The translations under genes and the position numbers were made by a program. This document shows, piece by piece, positions 1 to 9,698 of a stretch of DNA of 64,000 bases (its first letter is position 1; each line of letters opens with the position of its first letter). The DNA lies in the NCBI GenBank assembly GCA_965207885.1, contig OZ242311.1:3776001-3840000 (forward strand). Reading direction: 5' to 3'. The notes under the pieces are model-generated. The model was not told the DNA's origin and did no database searches. It saw only the letters and a program-made list of their open reading frames with translations. Origin of the DNA: Candidatus Latescibacterota bacterium. Its GTDB lineage: Bacteria > Latescibacterota > UBA2968.

Positions 1-2
1 TA

Positions 3-1706
3 AATACCGTCGAAGAGGGGTACGCAGAGGTTATACTACTTAATAATGGCTCAGAACGCCAAATTAGCCTTGAAGAACTGGCCGATATAGAAAATTTTAC
101 CTCGGGACTTCAACAAACCATAGAACAACAATTGCCAAAGGCAAGTCCTATGGAAATGAGAGCGGGCAGTGAACTGATCCTGGCCTATCTATCCCCCAAC
201 ATTGCCTATGACGCTACCGAAACGCAGAGGCGAAGAGATGAGGCAGCCAGCAATGTCCAACGTGCCAAGCCTGGGACAGTTCTCAAAGGCGAGCGCATTA
301 TTGACAAACACGACCGCATCACATCTGACGACATAGACAAACTCAGGTCACTGGCCGAACATATCAACCAGCGCCGCCAGCAAGACCCATTCATTGACCT
401 CATTCAACGAGGTGCTGGGCTATCACTTTGCGCGTTGACACTCATAATATTTTTTGCTTTTCTAAAATTTTATCGTCCTGACCTTTATCGCCCGTCCAAA
501 AACATCGTACTATTTGGCATCATTATTTTAATCCCTACTGCCGTGGCTGATTACGCCGCCCAAAGTCAGGCCATATCGCCTTTTCTCATCCCCGTCGCAC
601 TATCTGCAATGCTGGCAACCGTGCTCTTTGATGCCGTCGTCGGCATGGTGATCACCCTTGCCGTTACAACGCTTTGTGCCAGCATTCTCGGCGAACTCCA
701 ATACGGGATCATCTTTCTCACCACAGGCATTATTGGCGCATTTTCTGTACATCAGGTACGCCATCGCAGAGATTTTTATCGCCCTGGTCTGTATCTGATT
801 GCCGCTTATGCTCTGACAATTACCTCCACAGTTGGACTACTTTTTTCTTATACCAACACCACCGAGTTTCTCACGGAAATACGCGAGGATTTATTCTGGG
901 GCATTGTGGCTGCCTGCGGTTCCTTAATTCTCACCATTGGATTACTACCCGTATTCGAAAGTGTTTTCAATGTCGTAACACCCCTGACACTGCTCGAACT
1001 GGCGGACTTAAATCGCCCGCTATTGCGCAATTTGGCCCTTCGCGCTCCTGGAACCTTTAGCCACAGCATAAACATGGCCAATCTCTCGGAAGAAGCCGCA
1101 GTCGCAATAGGCGCAGACCCCTTGCTCGCGCGCGTTGGGTGTTATTACCACGATATTGGGAAAATGAGACGCCCGCACTATTTTATAGAAAATCAGCATG
1201 GTGTGAATCCCCACGATGAGTTGCAACCTCAAATAAGTGCCCTGATTCTCATTTCTCATGTCAGGGACGGGATCGAATTGGCGAAAGAAGAAGGACTTCC
1301 TCTGGCAATTATTGATCTCATCCCACAGCACCATGGGACTTCGGAAATGACTTCGTTTAAACATCAGGCGCAACTCATAGACGAGCAGGCAGTCCGCGAT
1401 GCCGACTTCCTCTATCCCGGTCCCAAACCCCAGACCAAAGAAGCGGGTATTATTAATCTCGCAGACGCTGTTGAATCTGCGACGCGGTCCTTGCCCAACA
1501 ACGAGCCAGACGAAATTAAAAAGCTCGTCCAAACAATTGTCAAAGGCCGTTATGATGCTGGGGAATTGGATGAATGCGATCTTACATTGCGCGACCTGAC
1601 CAGGATCCAGGAAGCCTTTTTGCCCGTCTTGCAGGCTTCACACCATCCTCGAATACCCTATCCCTGGCAAGCGCAACAACAAGAACGCCAGGTCGCGAGC
1701 AGATGA
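3..1706 (+). CDS. 7TM-HD family phosphohydrolase (PgpH/YqfF-like, putative c-di-AMP phosphodiesterase), 5'-truncated
   Basis: Frame is open from base 3. Multi-TM block is followed by 'APGTFSHS', 'YYHDIGK', 'YFIENQ', 'QHHGT', 'YPGPKPQTKE' and 'LADAVE'. Sits upstream of ybeY, the usual context. Confidence 0.9.
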   Translation, partial: NTVEEGYAEVILLNNGSERQISLEELADIENFTSGLQQTIEQQLPKASPMEMRAGSELILAYLSPNIAYDATETQRRRDEAASNVQRAKPGTVLKGERIIDKHDRITSDDIDKLRSLAEHINQRRQQDPFIDLIQRGAGLSLCALTLIIFFAFLKFYRPDLYRPSKNIVLFGIIILIPTAVADYAAQSQAISPFLIPVALSAMLATVLFDAVVGMVITLAVTTLCASILGELQYGIIFLTTGIIGAFSVHQVRHRRDFYRPGLYLIAAYALTITSTVGLLFSYTNTTEFLTEIREDLFWGIVAACGSLILTIGLLPVFESVFNVVTPLTLLELADLNRPLLRNLALRAPGTFSHSINMANLSEEAAVAIGADPLLARVGCYYHDIGKMRRPHYFIENQHGVNPHDELQPQISALILISHVRDGIELAKEEGLPLAIIDLIPQHHGTSEMTSFKHQAQLIDEQAVRDADFLYPGPKPQTKEAGIINLADAVESATRSLPNNEPDEIKKLVQTIVKGRYDAGELDECDLTLRDLTRIQEAFLPVLQASHHPRIPYPWQAQQQERQVASR

Positions 1707-2128
1707 ATAAACTGGAGATAACGACTTTAGTAGATGTATGCGATCTGGATATCCCTCGCTTAGAAGCTGTCGTGAAACAACTTCTTTCAGACAACGAGGT
1801 GCATCTACCCATTTCGTGTGTTCTAACCCATGATACCCATATCCGACAACTCAACAAAAAATACCGGAACATGGATAAAACGACCGACGTTCTTTCATTT
1901 GAGCTTTCCGACGCGATCCATCCAGAAGCGCATTATTGTGGAGAGATATACATTTCAGTAGATCGCGCACGACAGCAGGCAAAAGCGCATAACCGGTCCC
2001 TACAGGCAGAAATAACCCACTTGACAGTACACGGGACCCTGCATTTGCTGGGATTTGAACACGATACCCCTGAAGGGTACACGCAAATGCAAAACGAAGA
2101 AAAAAAATACCTGACCCTGATAGAATAG
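1703..2128 (+). CDS. ybeY: rRNA maturation endoribonuclease YbeY
   Basis: 'LNKKYR..DKTTDVLSF', 'GEIYIS' and HGTLHLLGFEH (H3xH5xH). ATG at 1703 overlaps the upstream stop (ATGA). Confidence 0.95.
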   Translation: MNKLEITTLVDVCDLDIPRLEAVVKQLLSDNEVHLPISCVLTHDTHIRQLNKKYRNMDKTTDVLSFELSDAIHPEAHYCGEIYISVDRARQQAKAHNRSLQAEITHLTVHGTLHLLGFEHDTPEGYTQMQNEEKKYLTLIE

Positions 2129-2179
2129 CCCCGCGCTTATGTCCTTGCTACAAACAATCATTCCCCCGAAAGGAGCGTG

Positions 2180-3493
2180 ATGTTTTTGGACGATCCTTGG
2201 CCAGCAATCTTTATAACCATCGCTTCTATTGTCCTGACAGCAGCGTTCTCCAGGCTCGGCTCAATTGTTGTTTCGCGCACCACCCTCGAGCGCCTGCACG
2301 AAGAAAAAATAGGACGTGCAGGACTCTACCTTTGGCTCTATCGCTCCCGCGATTTTGTCTCACAAATGGTTTTGCTCGGTCAGACAATCACCATATCCAT
2401 AGGTGCTCTGGCGCTACTATCCATTCTTTTGCAGACGTTAAAACCGGGCCTCTGGCTATATCCTGGCTCAGCATTGCTCATCGCACTTTATGTATTTATC
2501 GCCCTGATCATTCGCAGCATTGTCCCCCCCTACCGTAGGGAAGAGGGATCAGACCGTCCGCTGCCCTTTTTGCCGTTATGTTTTTTGCCCTTTTACTTTA
2601 TTCTTCTCCTTCCCACACTCTTGTTGCAAAAAGCGCAAACTATCTTCTTGAGCGAAGACGATAGCCGAGCACTAAAAGAAGAAGAATTGCGAAATATCGT
2701 CGAATCAGAAACAGAAGAAGGCACAATCGAAGCAGAAGAAAGAGAAATGATTGAAGGCATCTTTGAATTTGACGAAACAACGGTCAAAGAGGCGATGATC
2801 CCGCGCATAGATATGATTTCTGCCGAGGTAACGGCCACGCCCAAAGAGCTTCTCGAACTGATCCAGCAATCCGGGCACTCGCGAATCCCCATCTATGAAG
2901 AACGAATCGACAACATCAAAGGCGTCGTTTATGTCAAAGATATTTTGCTCAATCTGGCGACCAATCAGCCGTGGTCTGTCCCAGAGATCATGCGTACGCC
3001 ATACTTTGTGCCAGAAAACAAAACGCTCGCCGATTTAATGGCCGAATTTAAGCGCGAAAAAGTACACATGGCGATTGTTGTCGGGGAATATGGCGGCACG
3101 TCTGGCCTTATTACAATGGAAGATATTATCGAAGAAATTGTCGGTGAAATTCAAGATGAACACGACGATGAAGAACCGCTTTTTGAATGGCGCAAAGAGG
3201 GCAAAATACTCGTCGTAGATGCACGCATTGACATTGAAGATCTCAATATCGTGCTCAACGTCGAACTGCCACAAAACGGTTACGAAACGCTCGGCGGATT
3301 TATATACAACGTGCTTGGACACGTACCTCAGATAGATGAAAATTTAGAACACGGAAATCTACTCATTGAGATCCTCGAAGTCGTAGGACAACGCATTACA
3401 CGGGTAAAAATTACCAAACGCGGAGAGCCTTCACAGGACGAGCCAAAACACGGTGGAGAGATACAAATACAAAACGACAAACCGCAGAAATAG
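2180..3493 (+). CDS. HlyC/CorC family CBS-domain protein (Mg2+/Co2+ transport associated)
   Basis: N-terminal TM segments, 'EEREMIEGIFEF..TTVKEAMIPR', 'GHSRIPIY', 'GEYGGTSGLITMEDIIEEIVGEIQDEHD', CorC C-terminal 'YETLGG'. AGGAG RBS. Confidence 0.9.
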   Translation: MFLDDPWPAIFITIASIVLTAAFSRLGSIVVSRTTLERLHEEKIGRAGLYLWLYRSRDFVSQMVLLGQTITISIGALALLSILLQTLKPGLWLYPGSALLIALYVFIALIIRSIVPPYRREEGSDRPLPFLPLCFLPFYFILLLPTLLLQKAQTIFLSEDDSRALKEEELRNIVESETEEGTIEAEEREMIEGIFEFDETTVKEAMIPRIDMISAEVTATPKELLELIQQSGHSRIPIYEERIDNIKGVVYVKDILLNLATNQPWSVPEIMRTPYFVPENKTLADLMAEFKREKVHMAIVVGEYGGTSGLITMEDIIEEIVGEIQDEHDDEEPLFEWRKEGKILVVDARIDIEDLNIVLNVELPQNGYETLGGFIYNVLGHVPQIDENLEHGNLLIEILEVVGQRITRVKITKRGEPSQDEPKHGGEIQIQNDKPQK

Positions 3494-3548
3494 CTTGACA
3501 ATAACCCCAAAATCCCGTTCTTTTTTAGTGCTTATCTGGACATAGGGG

Positions 3549-3625
<77 letters not shown>

Positions 3626-3631
3626 AAAAAT

Positions 3632-3662
3632 AAGGGAACCGATGTTTTCGGTTCCCTTTTAT
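3632..3662. terminator. Bidirectional intrinsic terminator
   Basis: AAGGGAACCGA-TGTTT-TCGGTTCCCTT stem flanked by A and T tracts, between the convergent tRNA and XRE gene. Confidence 0.85.
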
Positions 3663-3685
3663 TCTATCTCTCCATTTCATCTTCA

Positions 3686-4063
3686 TCAGGCATCGAGCAA
3701 GGATCGAAACGCTGCTTTGAAATTGTGTGGTGCTCTCCGCCAGAGTTGAATCCCCTCAATAATATCATCGGTTTCTGATTTAAATATCGGTTGCAATGCT
3801 TTCCTCAGTTCGGCGATCCGTATTGTTTCCTGACCGGTTTTTTGATCCGTCAACAAATCTTCGACACTTCTGCCCAACACATCTGCAATTTTTGCCAACA
3901 CGGGAATTGACCCGCGCTGCTTGCCCTTTCGAATATCGCTGAAATAGGGCGCACTAATCCCAACCATTTTGGCGATTTCCTGGCCCTGTAAACCCGATTC
4001 GCGTTGCCAGCGCCGAATTTTCTCACCTGCTATTTGTTTATCATAAAGCTCTCGCCTTGTCAT
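3686..4063 (-). CDS. XRE/Cro-family HTH transcriptional regulator
   Basis: 'GEKIRRWQRESGLQGQEIAKMVGISAPYFSDIRKGK..GSIPVLAKIADVLG..VEDLL'. AGGAG RBS. Confidence 0.88.
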   Translation of the reverse strand: MTRRELYDKQIAGEKIRRWQRESGLQGQEIAKMVGISAPYFSDIRKGKQRGSIPVLAKIADVLGRSVEDLLTDQKTGQETIRIAELRKALQPIFKSETDDIIEGIQLWRRAPHNFKAAFRSLLDA

Positions 4064-4078
4064 GCATACACTCCTTTT

Positions 4079-4849
4079 TTACTGAGAATGCTTCTCCACC
4101 TCGACCAACCACGCAATATCGTTCAGGTCGTGAAACGCGATATCCTCGGTCTCAATGCCACACGCACCGAGATTGGACGCGATGCTATCTTGCGTCCACC
4201 TTGCGGACCAAAAACCTTCGGCAGTCGCTACAAATCGCGAACCCAAAGGCGTCACAACGCGCTGCCCTGTATGCTCGTAGAAATCAACCTGCGCGGCCTC
4301 AGTTTCCGGCACATCCTTATACATGGTGAAACATGCAGAACCGCCGATTTTTAGAGCGCGATAAAAACGAGAAATCGTCCGGATAAACCGCGGATTGCGG
4401 TCGAGATAGGCATCGGTGTACAGGCTGAGATCATCGGACTTATCCCTGATATTCCCAGGAGTAAAATACAGGCAGAAAACGAGATCGTAAAACTCCTCCT
4501 CAACTACTGCCTCGGCGGCATCGCCTATAAATATCTGTGCGTTGTCAATGCGTTCTTTTTTCCACAGCGAGCGTGCGTCTTCAGCCATTTCGGGCGATAT
4601 TTCAAAGCCGTGATACAAAAGACAGTGCGGCGCAAACAGAACGGCGTGATAGCCATTGCCACACCCGATATCCGCAATTTTGTATGGACCCTGCCGAAGT
4701 CGCTCGCTTAGAATCTCGTCTTGTCTCTGCCGAGCCTGCCTGATCGGTTCGGGACAATAGGATGACTCAAGCGCGCGCTTGACGGCTTCATTTTCAGATT
4801 TCAGCGATATATGACTCACTTGTTCCCTCTTTGGTTTTTGCTTAGACAA
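4079..4849 (-). CDS. Class I SAM-dependent methyltransferase
   Basis: Motif I 'IADIGCGNG', 'GFEIS', 'GDA', 'YDLVFC'. Start codon uncertain (TTG). Confidence 0.85.
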   Translation of the reverse strand: MSKQKPKREQVSHISLKSENEAVKRALESSYCPEPIRQARQRQDEILSERLRQGPYKIADIGCGNGYHAVLFAPHCLLYHGFEISPEMAEDARSLWKKERIDNAQIFIGDAAEAVVEEEFYDLVFCLYFTPGNIRDKSDDLSLYTDAYLDRNPRFIRTISRFYRALKIGGSACFTMYKDVPETEAAQVDFYEHTGQRVVTPLGSRFVATAEGFWSARWTQDSIASNLGACGIETEDIAFHDLNDIAWLVEVEKHSQ

Positions 4850-5050
4850 TTAATTATTCATGCAGAAATCCGCTATGCAGGTCAAGTTGTAAATATCAAC
4901 TTTTTACCCATTTCAAACCCTTACTGTATCAATTTTACAACACCTGTGCTGAAAAAACACACATATAGCTTTCTTACTCAAATATTACAATACAATATAA
5001 AATACTATAAAAACAGGTATTTATATTATTTATTCTTTTAAAATAATTTA

Positions 5051-5066
5051 CGGCACAGATTTTGCA
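5051..5066 (+). promoter_or_regulatory. Sigma54 (-24/-12) promoter
   Basis: CGGCACAGATTTTGCA gives GG-N10-GC, matching the TGGCAC-N5-TTGC consensus, 45 bp before the ATG at 5111. Upstream region is AT-rich. Confidence 0.7.
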
Positions 5067-5110
5067 TATACGATTATCCAGCCGGGGTCATACACTTTCA
5101 GGAGGTTACC

Positions 5111-6025
5111 ATGTCACAGATTCGACTGTTTTTGTTCGCCGCGCTCGTCTGCTTGCCCATCACTGCATCATCTGCACCACACTTTGACCCTTCACCCAAA
5201 AAATCCAAATCTCAATTGTCGGGTTCAATAACCAATGGTGTCATTGACATCAATTCCAACGGCGAAATAACGATCCACATCCCGGAAGGCACCATTTCAC
5301 TCCCGACCGATTCGCTCTCTACAGTGCCCAAAGGACCACCAGGCCCCTATGCCCCTTGCATCCTCGGTGGTCCAGGTCAATCAGTTCTTAGTAATCCAGC
5401 CAGATTATCTCCCTTATATACACCGATGCCAGACCCGGTGGAATTGCTCAATCACATTGGAATTTTCTTTTCAACAGCCAGTGGTGGATTTGGCTCTCGC
5501 ATCAATTACGATCATAAAGTATCCCCAAACACACGCTTTACTGCCAGTCCAGAATTTCTCACCTATAGCTTGTCCAGAGCCAGCACCATTCTGGGAGACC
5601 TGATGCCTCTGGGCACAACGCGAATCACCCTGATCACCATACCAATCGGCTTCCAACGCCACTTTGCGCCCACATCGCGTATCAATCCCCACATAGGATT
5701 TGGTTTTGGCCCCATCATCCGGCTGGATCACCGCTCACACCGACTGGGATACTACGGGAATAATCTGGGTTTAGACAGAATAATTCGCAATGGACGCAAT
5801 AGCCTCAATCTTACCGTTCCCCTTACCCTCGATGATTTCCCAAGTACCTCCCTGACTCTGGGCGGCCATCTCGCTTCTGGTCTGAATATCCATTTCGGCG
5901 CGAAAAAAAATCTCGCCCTCACCATCGAAGGCCGCTACACCTTGGCACGATTCATCGACGCGACGGGTTCACCGGGCGATTTTAGTGGCCTCTCTCTTGC
6001 TATAGGATTTGGAAAAGCATTCTAA
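5111..6025 (+). CDS. Secreted protein with C-terminal outer-membrane beta-barrel-like domain
   Basis: GGAGG RBS, signal peptide, Pro-rich linker, amphipathic strands ('INPHIGFGFG', 'LTIEGRYT', 'LSLAIGFGKAF'), terminal Phe. Confidence 0.65.
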   Translation: MSQIRLFLFAALVCLPITASSAPHFDPSPKKSKSQLSGSITNGVIDINSNGEITIHIPEGTISLPTDSLSTVPKGPPGPYAPCILGGPGQSVLSNPARLSPLYTPMPDPVELLNHIGIFFSTASGGFGSRINYDHKVSPNTRFTASPEFLTYSLSRASTILGDLMPLGTTRITLITIPIGFQRHFAPTSRINPHIGFGFGPIIRLDHRSHRLGYYGNNLGLDRIIRNGRNSLNLTVPLTLDDFPSTSLTLGGHLASGLNIHFGAKKNLALTIEGRYTLARFIDATGSPGDFSGLSLAIGFGKAF

Positions 6026-6060
6026 CTGGTGCTCAACCTGGTGCTTTGAAAGGAGATATG

Positions 6061-6972
6061 ATGTTCAATCTAACGATACTCCGGATCAATTTATTTGCCC
6101 TCGTTTTCCTTGTCTTATCAGCGGTCCCTGCTTTTGCACAGGCCAATGATCCGGTACCCGCCAGTGCCATCTGCTTGATTGCAGATCATCCAGGCATTCA
6201 CGAATCCGATGCGCAGACCGCGGCCATGCTGGTGTGTTATGAATTGCGAAAACAGGGTATATCGGTTGGCGATCCCGTTTACCAGGTACAGAACACTGCG
6301 AATGTCTATCGCGTTGTTTTGCGCCGCCTGGGCGAAAAGGTTCTCGTTCGCTTGAGCTGGGAAACCCCTGTCGGAACAGTCGCAAGTGACCGACAGCTCT
6401 TGCTTGGCAATATCGAAGAAATGATCTCTGGCGCGCCCAGGCTGGTTGAGGCACTCATCCACCAGAAACCCATTGATACTACGGTCAACATGGAAAATGT
6501 CGTCGAACAGGATGCCCCTGTACATCGAAAGATAACCGGTGAGTCCCTCTGGAATATAGGAATCTTCGGAACCTTTGTCCCAGACACAGGCATAAAGGCC
6601 AAACCCGGCTGGGAGATTAGGTGGTCTTATGAGGTACCGGACTATGATGTGGGAACCGAGCTGAGATTTACCGGAGGTGGCGACGAGTGGGGTGAGAACT
6701 TTGGATTCATCTCCTGGTCAATCGGCGGACGGTACTTCTTTAACAACCAGAATTTTTCGCCTTATCTGGGCGGTGGATTAGCCATAAGCGGTGCCAGCTA
6801 CACAAGCGACGACAGGTCGGGATTGGGTGCTTATGCGGTCTTTGGAATGGAGGCCCTGCGACTCACTCGAAGCCGTCTGAGACTCGAATTGCGCGTGGAT
6901 GCGCCATTTTTTAAGTTGAACTCTTCTCCATATCTGATGCCTATAACACTGGGTATCTCCTACCACAGATAG
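6061..6972 (+). CDS. Secreted protein with C-terminal beta-barrel-like domain
   Basis: AGGAG RBS, signal peptide ending AFA-Q, 'IGGRYFF..FSPYLGGG', 'LELRVD', 'ITLGISY'. Confidence 0.6.
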   Translation: MFNLTILRINLFALVFLVLSAVPAFAQANDPVPASAICLIADHPGIHESDAQTAAMLVCYELRKQGISVGDPVYQVQNTANVYRVVLRRLGEKVLVRLSWETPVGTVASDRQLLLGNIEEMISGAPRLVEALIHQKPIDTTVNMENVVEQDAPVHRKITGESLWNIGIFGTFVPDTGIKAKPGWEIRWSYEVPDYDVGTELRFTGGGDEWGENFGFISWSIGGRYFFNNQNFSPYLGGGLAISGASYTSDDRSGLGAYAVFGMEALRLTRSRLRLELRVDAPFFKLNSSPYLMPITLGISYHR

Positions 6973-6997
6973 CGCGTAAAAACCACCACATAAAATC

Positions 6998-7038
6998 AAA
7001 AAAGGGACGCATCGGGTAAATGATGGGTCCCTTTTTTT
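6998..7038. terminator. Intrinsic terminator (bidirectional)
   Basis: AAAAAAGGGACGCATC...GATGGGTCCCTTTTTTT with one mismatch. Confidence 0.75.
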
Positions 7039-7078
7039 AAAACGCCATTGATTTTAACGCATATCTACAATTCCCTTC

Positions 7079-7108
7079 TTGACAGTACCCTATATTTAGT
7101 GCTATAAT
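7079..7108 (+). promoter_or_regulatory. Sigma70-type promoter of nrdR
   Basis: TTGACA (7079-7084), 18 bp, TATAAT (7103-7108), with an extended -10 TG at 7100-7101. Confidence 0.85.
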
Positions 7109-7133
7109 TTGAGCAACACACAATATCATGTTG
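7087..7133 (+). promoter_or_regulatory. Tandem NrdR boxes
   Basis: ACCCTATATTTAGTGC (7087-7102) and ACACAATATCATGTTG (7118-7133) resemble the consensus acaCwAtATaTwGtgt. Starts are 31 bp apart. Confidence 0.8.
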
Positions 7134-7157
7134 ATTTTAAGAAAGGAATCCTATCTT

Positions 7158-7610
7158 ATGAAATGTCCTTATTGTGGCGTGATCGAAGACAAGGTGGTCG
7201 ATTCCAGATCGAGTAAAGAAGGCACCGCCATTCGACGACGCCGAGAATGCCTGGGGTGTGAACGTCGATTTACGACCTATGAATACATCGAAGACACCCC
7301 TCTCACCGTTATCAAATCCGATGGACGGCGCGAAATCTTTGATAAAAACAAACTCATGGACAAAATCCGACTCTCCTGCACCAAACGTCCGATCTCAACA
7401 ACTCAGATTGAAGAAATCGCCGACCGAATCGAAGATCAACTCGTAAGCAGAGGCGAACGAGAAATAGAAGCCAAACAGCACATTGGCGAACTTGTCATGA
7501 CAGAACTCAAACGCCTCGACGATGTCGCCTACGTGCGCTTTGCCTCTGTGTACCGCCAATTCAAAGACCTCAGCGATTTTGAAAAAGAACTGCGGCAATT
7601 TGAAAGATGA
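7158..7610 (+). CDS. nrdR: Transcriptional repressor NrdR
   Basis: '[15 protein letters not shown]...[18 protein letters not shown]', ATP-cone, '[15 protein letters not shown]'. AAGGA RBS. Confidence 0.97.
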   Translation: MKCPYCGVIEDKVVDSRSSKEGTAIRRRRECLGCERRFTTYEYIEDTPLTVIKSDGRREIFDKNKLMDKIRLSCTKRPISTTQIEEIADRIEDQLVSRGEREIEAKQHIGELVMTELKRLDDVAYVRFASVYRQFKDLSDFEKELRQFER

Positions 7611-7638
7611 GATGTAATATATCTCACACAAAGACACA

Positions 7639-7673
7639 AGACGTAAAAGAGTCTGTGCTCACCTTTTACGTCT
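7639..7673. terminator. Hairpin between convergent nrdR and cytochrome genes
   Basis: Perfect 11-bp stem AGACGTAAAAG / CTTTTACGTCT. No clear U-tract. Confidence 0.55.
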
Positions 7674-7679
7674 CACTTC

Positions 7680-8267
7680 TCACCTTCCTAAAAACTTCGC
7701 TTTCCCATCATGACAAGTCTGGCACGTTGCGGACTTGCCCGTTTTAATATCCAATAAGCGATCCGTAAACTTCTCCATCATCATGCGTGCAACAACCTTA
7801 TTGGGCGTGGGCGTAACCGGATCGAGCCGGCCATCGCGCCTTCTCACATGGCAATAGTCGCATGCCTTCACACCCAATGCTTTCTGCATTTCTTTCATCA
7901 TCGCCACAATTTCTCCACGCGACATGCCCGCCAACCGCGAAGGCTTAGCTGCACTCGTATCGCGCACCACAAACCGCGCCGTACCCGTGTGGCAAAAAGC
8001 ACAATCAATTGATTTTCCCGCTGTTGTAATCAGACTATCCACAAAATGATGCTTCATATAAAGCGCTGTTTTCTTCAACGGGGATGGTGCTTTGTAATCG
8101 CGTTCACCTGCCTCATTCACAGACGGATGGCAATACTCGCATTTTACCCCCAGAGCTTTAGAAATCGCCTCCATACCCTCTTTGCTCGTATCCAGAACGT
8201 AGTGATCATCCGCGTGTATATCGGTCCAAAGCAATATAACTGCACAGCAAAAAACAAAGCGTCTCAC
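7680..8267 (-). CDS. Periplasmic tetraheme c-type cytochrome, PufC/CytoC_RC-like, made of two diheme repeats
   Basis: Signal peptide. Four CXXCH motifs (CEYCH, CAFCH, CDYCH, CQTCH). Repeated 'M...KALGVK(A)C.YCH...K..A..M'. Confidence 0.85.
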   Translation of the reverse strand: MRRFVFCCAVILLWTDIHADDHYVLDTSKEGMEAISKALGVKCEYCHPSVNEAGERDYKAPSPLKKTALYMKHHFVDSLITTAGKSIDCAFCHTGTARFVVRDTSAAKPSRLAGMSRGEIVAMMKEMQKALGVKACDYCHVRRRDGRLDPVTPTPNKVVARMMMEKFTDRLLDIKTGKSATCQTCHDGKAKFLGR

Positions 8268-9622
8268 AAAGCCCCTCTCACGACTCGACCATCCACCCCA
8301 TCAGGACTTTCCAGCCCCAACAGAGCCATCATCGTAGGCAAAATATCCATCACCGTCGCGTCATCAGACGCCAAACCAGGCGCATTGGCAAACCACAGCG
8401 CATCATCGAAGGTATGCGTGCCATTCACCGGGCTGGATTCAAACAAAACGCGCTTTTCAAAACCGCCCTTCAAATCGTATCCCTGCGCAGGCACTGCCAT
8501 AAGATCGGGTGCCGCATCGAGGTCGTCACCAACAAATGCCTCTTCGCGCATCAACACGCGATCAATAACTGGTGTCCCACCATAGGGATCGCGAATTTCC
8601 ATCAGCGCATCTGCCACATCTCGCCGAACCTGCTCGTATTCAGCACCTGCCTGCACGCAACCCTCGCGCTCTCTGCCCTTTAGATTCACGTAAAATCGCC
8701 CGGGCAACAATGAATAACACCGCGTTCGGGGATCCAGGTCTCTCAACTGCTTTGGTTCAGACGATGCAAAAGACAACAGCCCCATCTGTTGCAGCCAAAA
8801 ATTCAAATGCACCTCGCGCTCTAAGGTACAAAAACCGTGATCCGACACAATCATAAACAGCGTATCGCTGTATAACCGCGAAACCAGTTCCCCAATGATC
8901 TCATCTACGCGCGCGTAAAACCGATTAAACCACGCAGTGTACGACGCATCGCCTTGCGTCACATCGCCCCAGAGAAAGTGGTGTAGCCGGTCGGTATCCA
9001 TAAAATGTGCCACAAATAAATCCCATGATTCCTGGGCGTAATACTTGAACATAGCCTCTGCACGTCGGTTGAGTGCCCAGAAGATCTCGTCGAGAAATTT
9101 CTGGCGATTTTCCCGCGCTTGCCAGGCGTCAATATCGATCAAATACCCCATGGATTCCAGTTCAGAAGCTATCGCAGGCGGATAGGTTGCCCGCTTCAAA
9201 TCGGGTGATAGAAAGCCCGAAATCAAGATACCATTGACTTTTCGTGGGGGAAAAGTAGTGGGCACACCCATAGAAAAAACCCGCTGTCCCATATTGCTAA
9301 ACAGATCAACCCACGTCCTGCTTCGCAACGTTCTCGAAGATGGAATAAACATCTCATACGTTTGGGGGACACGGTCAATAAATCCAAAGATCCCGTGCTT
9401 GCCCGGGTTGCAACCCGTCGCAATTGATGCCCAGGCAGTTGACGATACCGTAGGCAGCACCGACGTCATAGACATCAGAGACCCATGAACGATCAACTGC
9501 TGAAAATTGGGCATAATCCCCTCGGCAATCAAACGTTGCAACAGGCTATGTGGCATGCCATCCAAACCCAGAACAACGACGCGACTAAATTTGGCTCTAT
9601 TTCGCCGAAAAAAATTAAGCAT
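8264..9622 (-). CDS. Alkaline phosphatase superfamily, nucleotide pyrophosphatase/phosphodiesterase type
   Basis: 'VVVLGLDG', 'PTVSSTAWASIATGCNPGKHGIFGF', 'DRLHH', 'IVSDHGF', 'NGTH', 'DILPT'. Confidence 0.88.
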   Translation of the reverse strand: MLNFFRRNRAKFSRVVVLGLDGMPHSLLQRLIAEGIMPNFQQLIVHGSLMSMTSVLPTVSSTAWASIATGCNPGKHGIFGFIDRVPQTYEMFIPSSRTLRSRTWVDLFSNMGQRVFSMGVPTTFPPRKVNGILISGFLSPDLKRATYPPAIASELESMGYLIDIDAWQARENRQKFLDEIFWALNRRAEAMFKYYAQESWDLFVAHFMDTDRLHHFLWGDVTQGDASYTAWFNRFYARVDEIIGELVSRLYSDTLFMIVSDHGFCTLEREVHLNFWLQQMGLLSFASSEPKQLRDLDPRTRCYSLLPGRFYVNLKGREREGCVQAGAEYEQVRRDVADALMEIRDPYGGTPVIDRVLMREEAFVGDDLDAAPDLMAVPAQGYDLKGGFEKRVLFESSPVNGTHTFDDALWFANAPGLASDDATVMDILPTMMALLGLESPDGVDGRVVRGAL

Positions 9623-9698
9623 CTATCTGCCTTAAAATAAAACAGGGCTTTTAACCCCTTGTATATAGAAGCTAAAAGCCCAAGACATAGTAAAAATA

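Noticed and set aside
3686-4849. XRE + methyltransferase beside a tRNA as a prophage/island remnant or restriction-modification system
   Set aside because: No integrase or nuclease. The MTase lacks DNA-MTase DPPY/NPPY or PC motifs.
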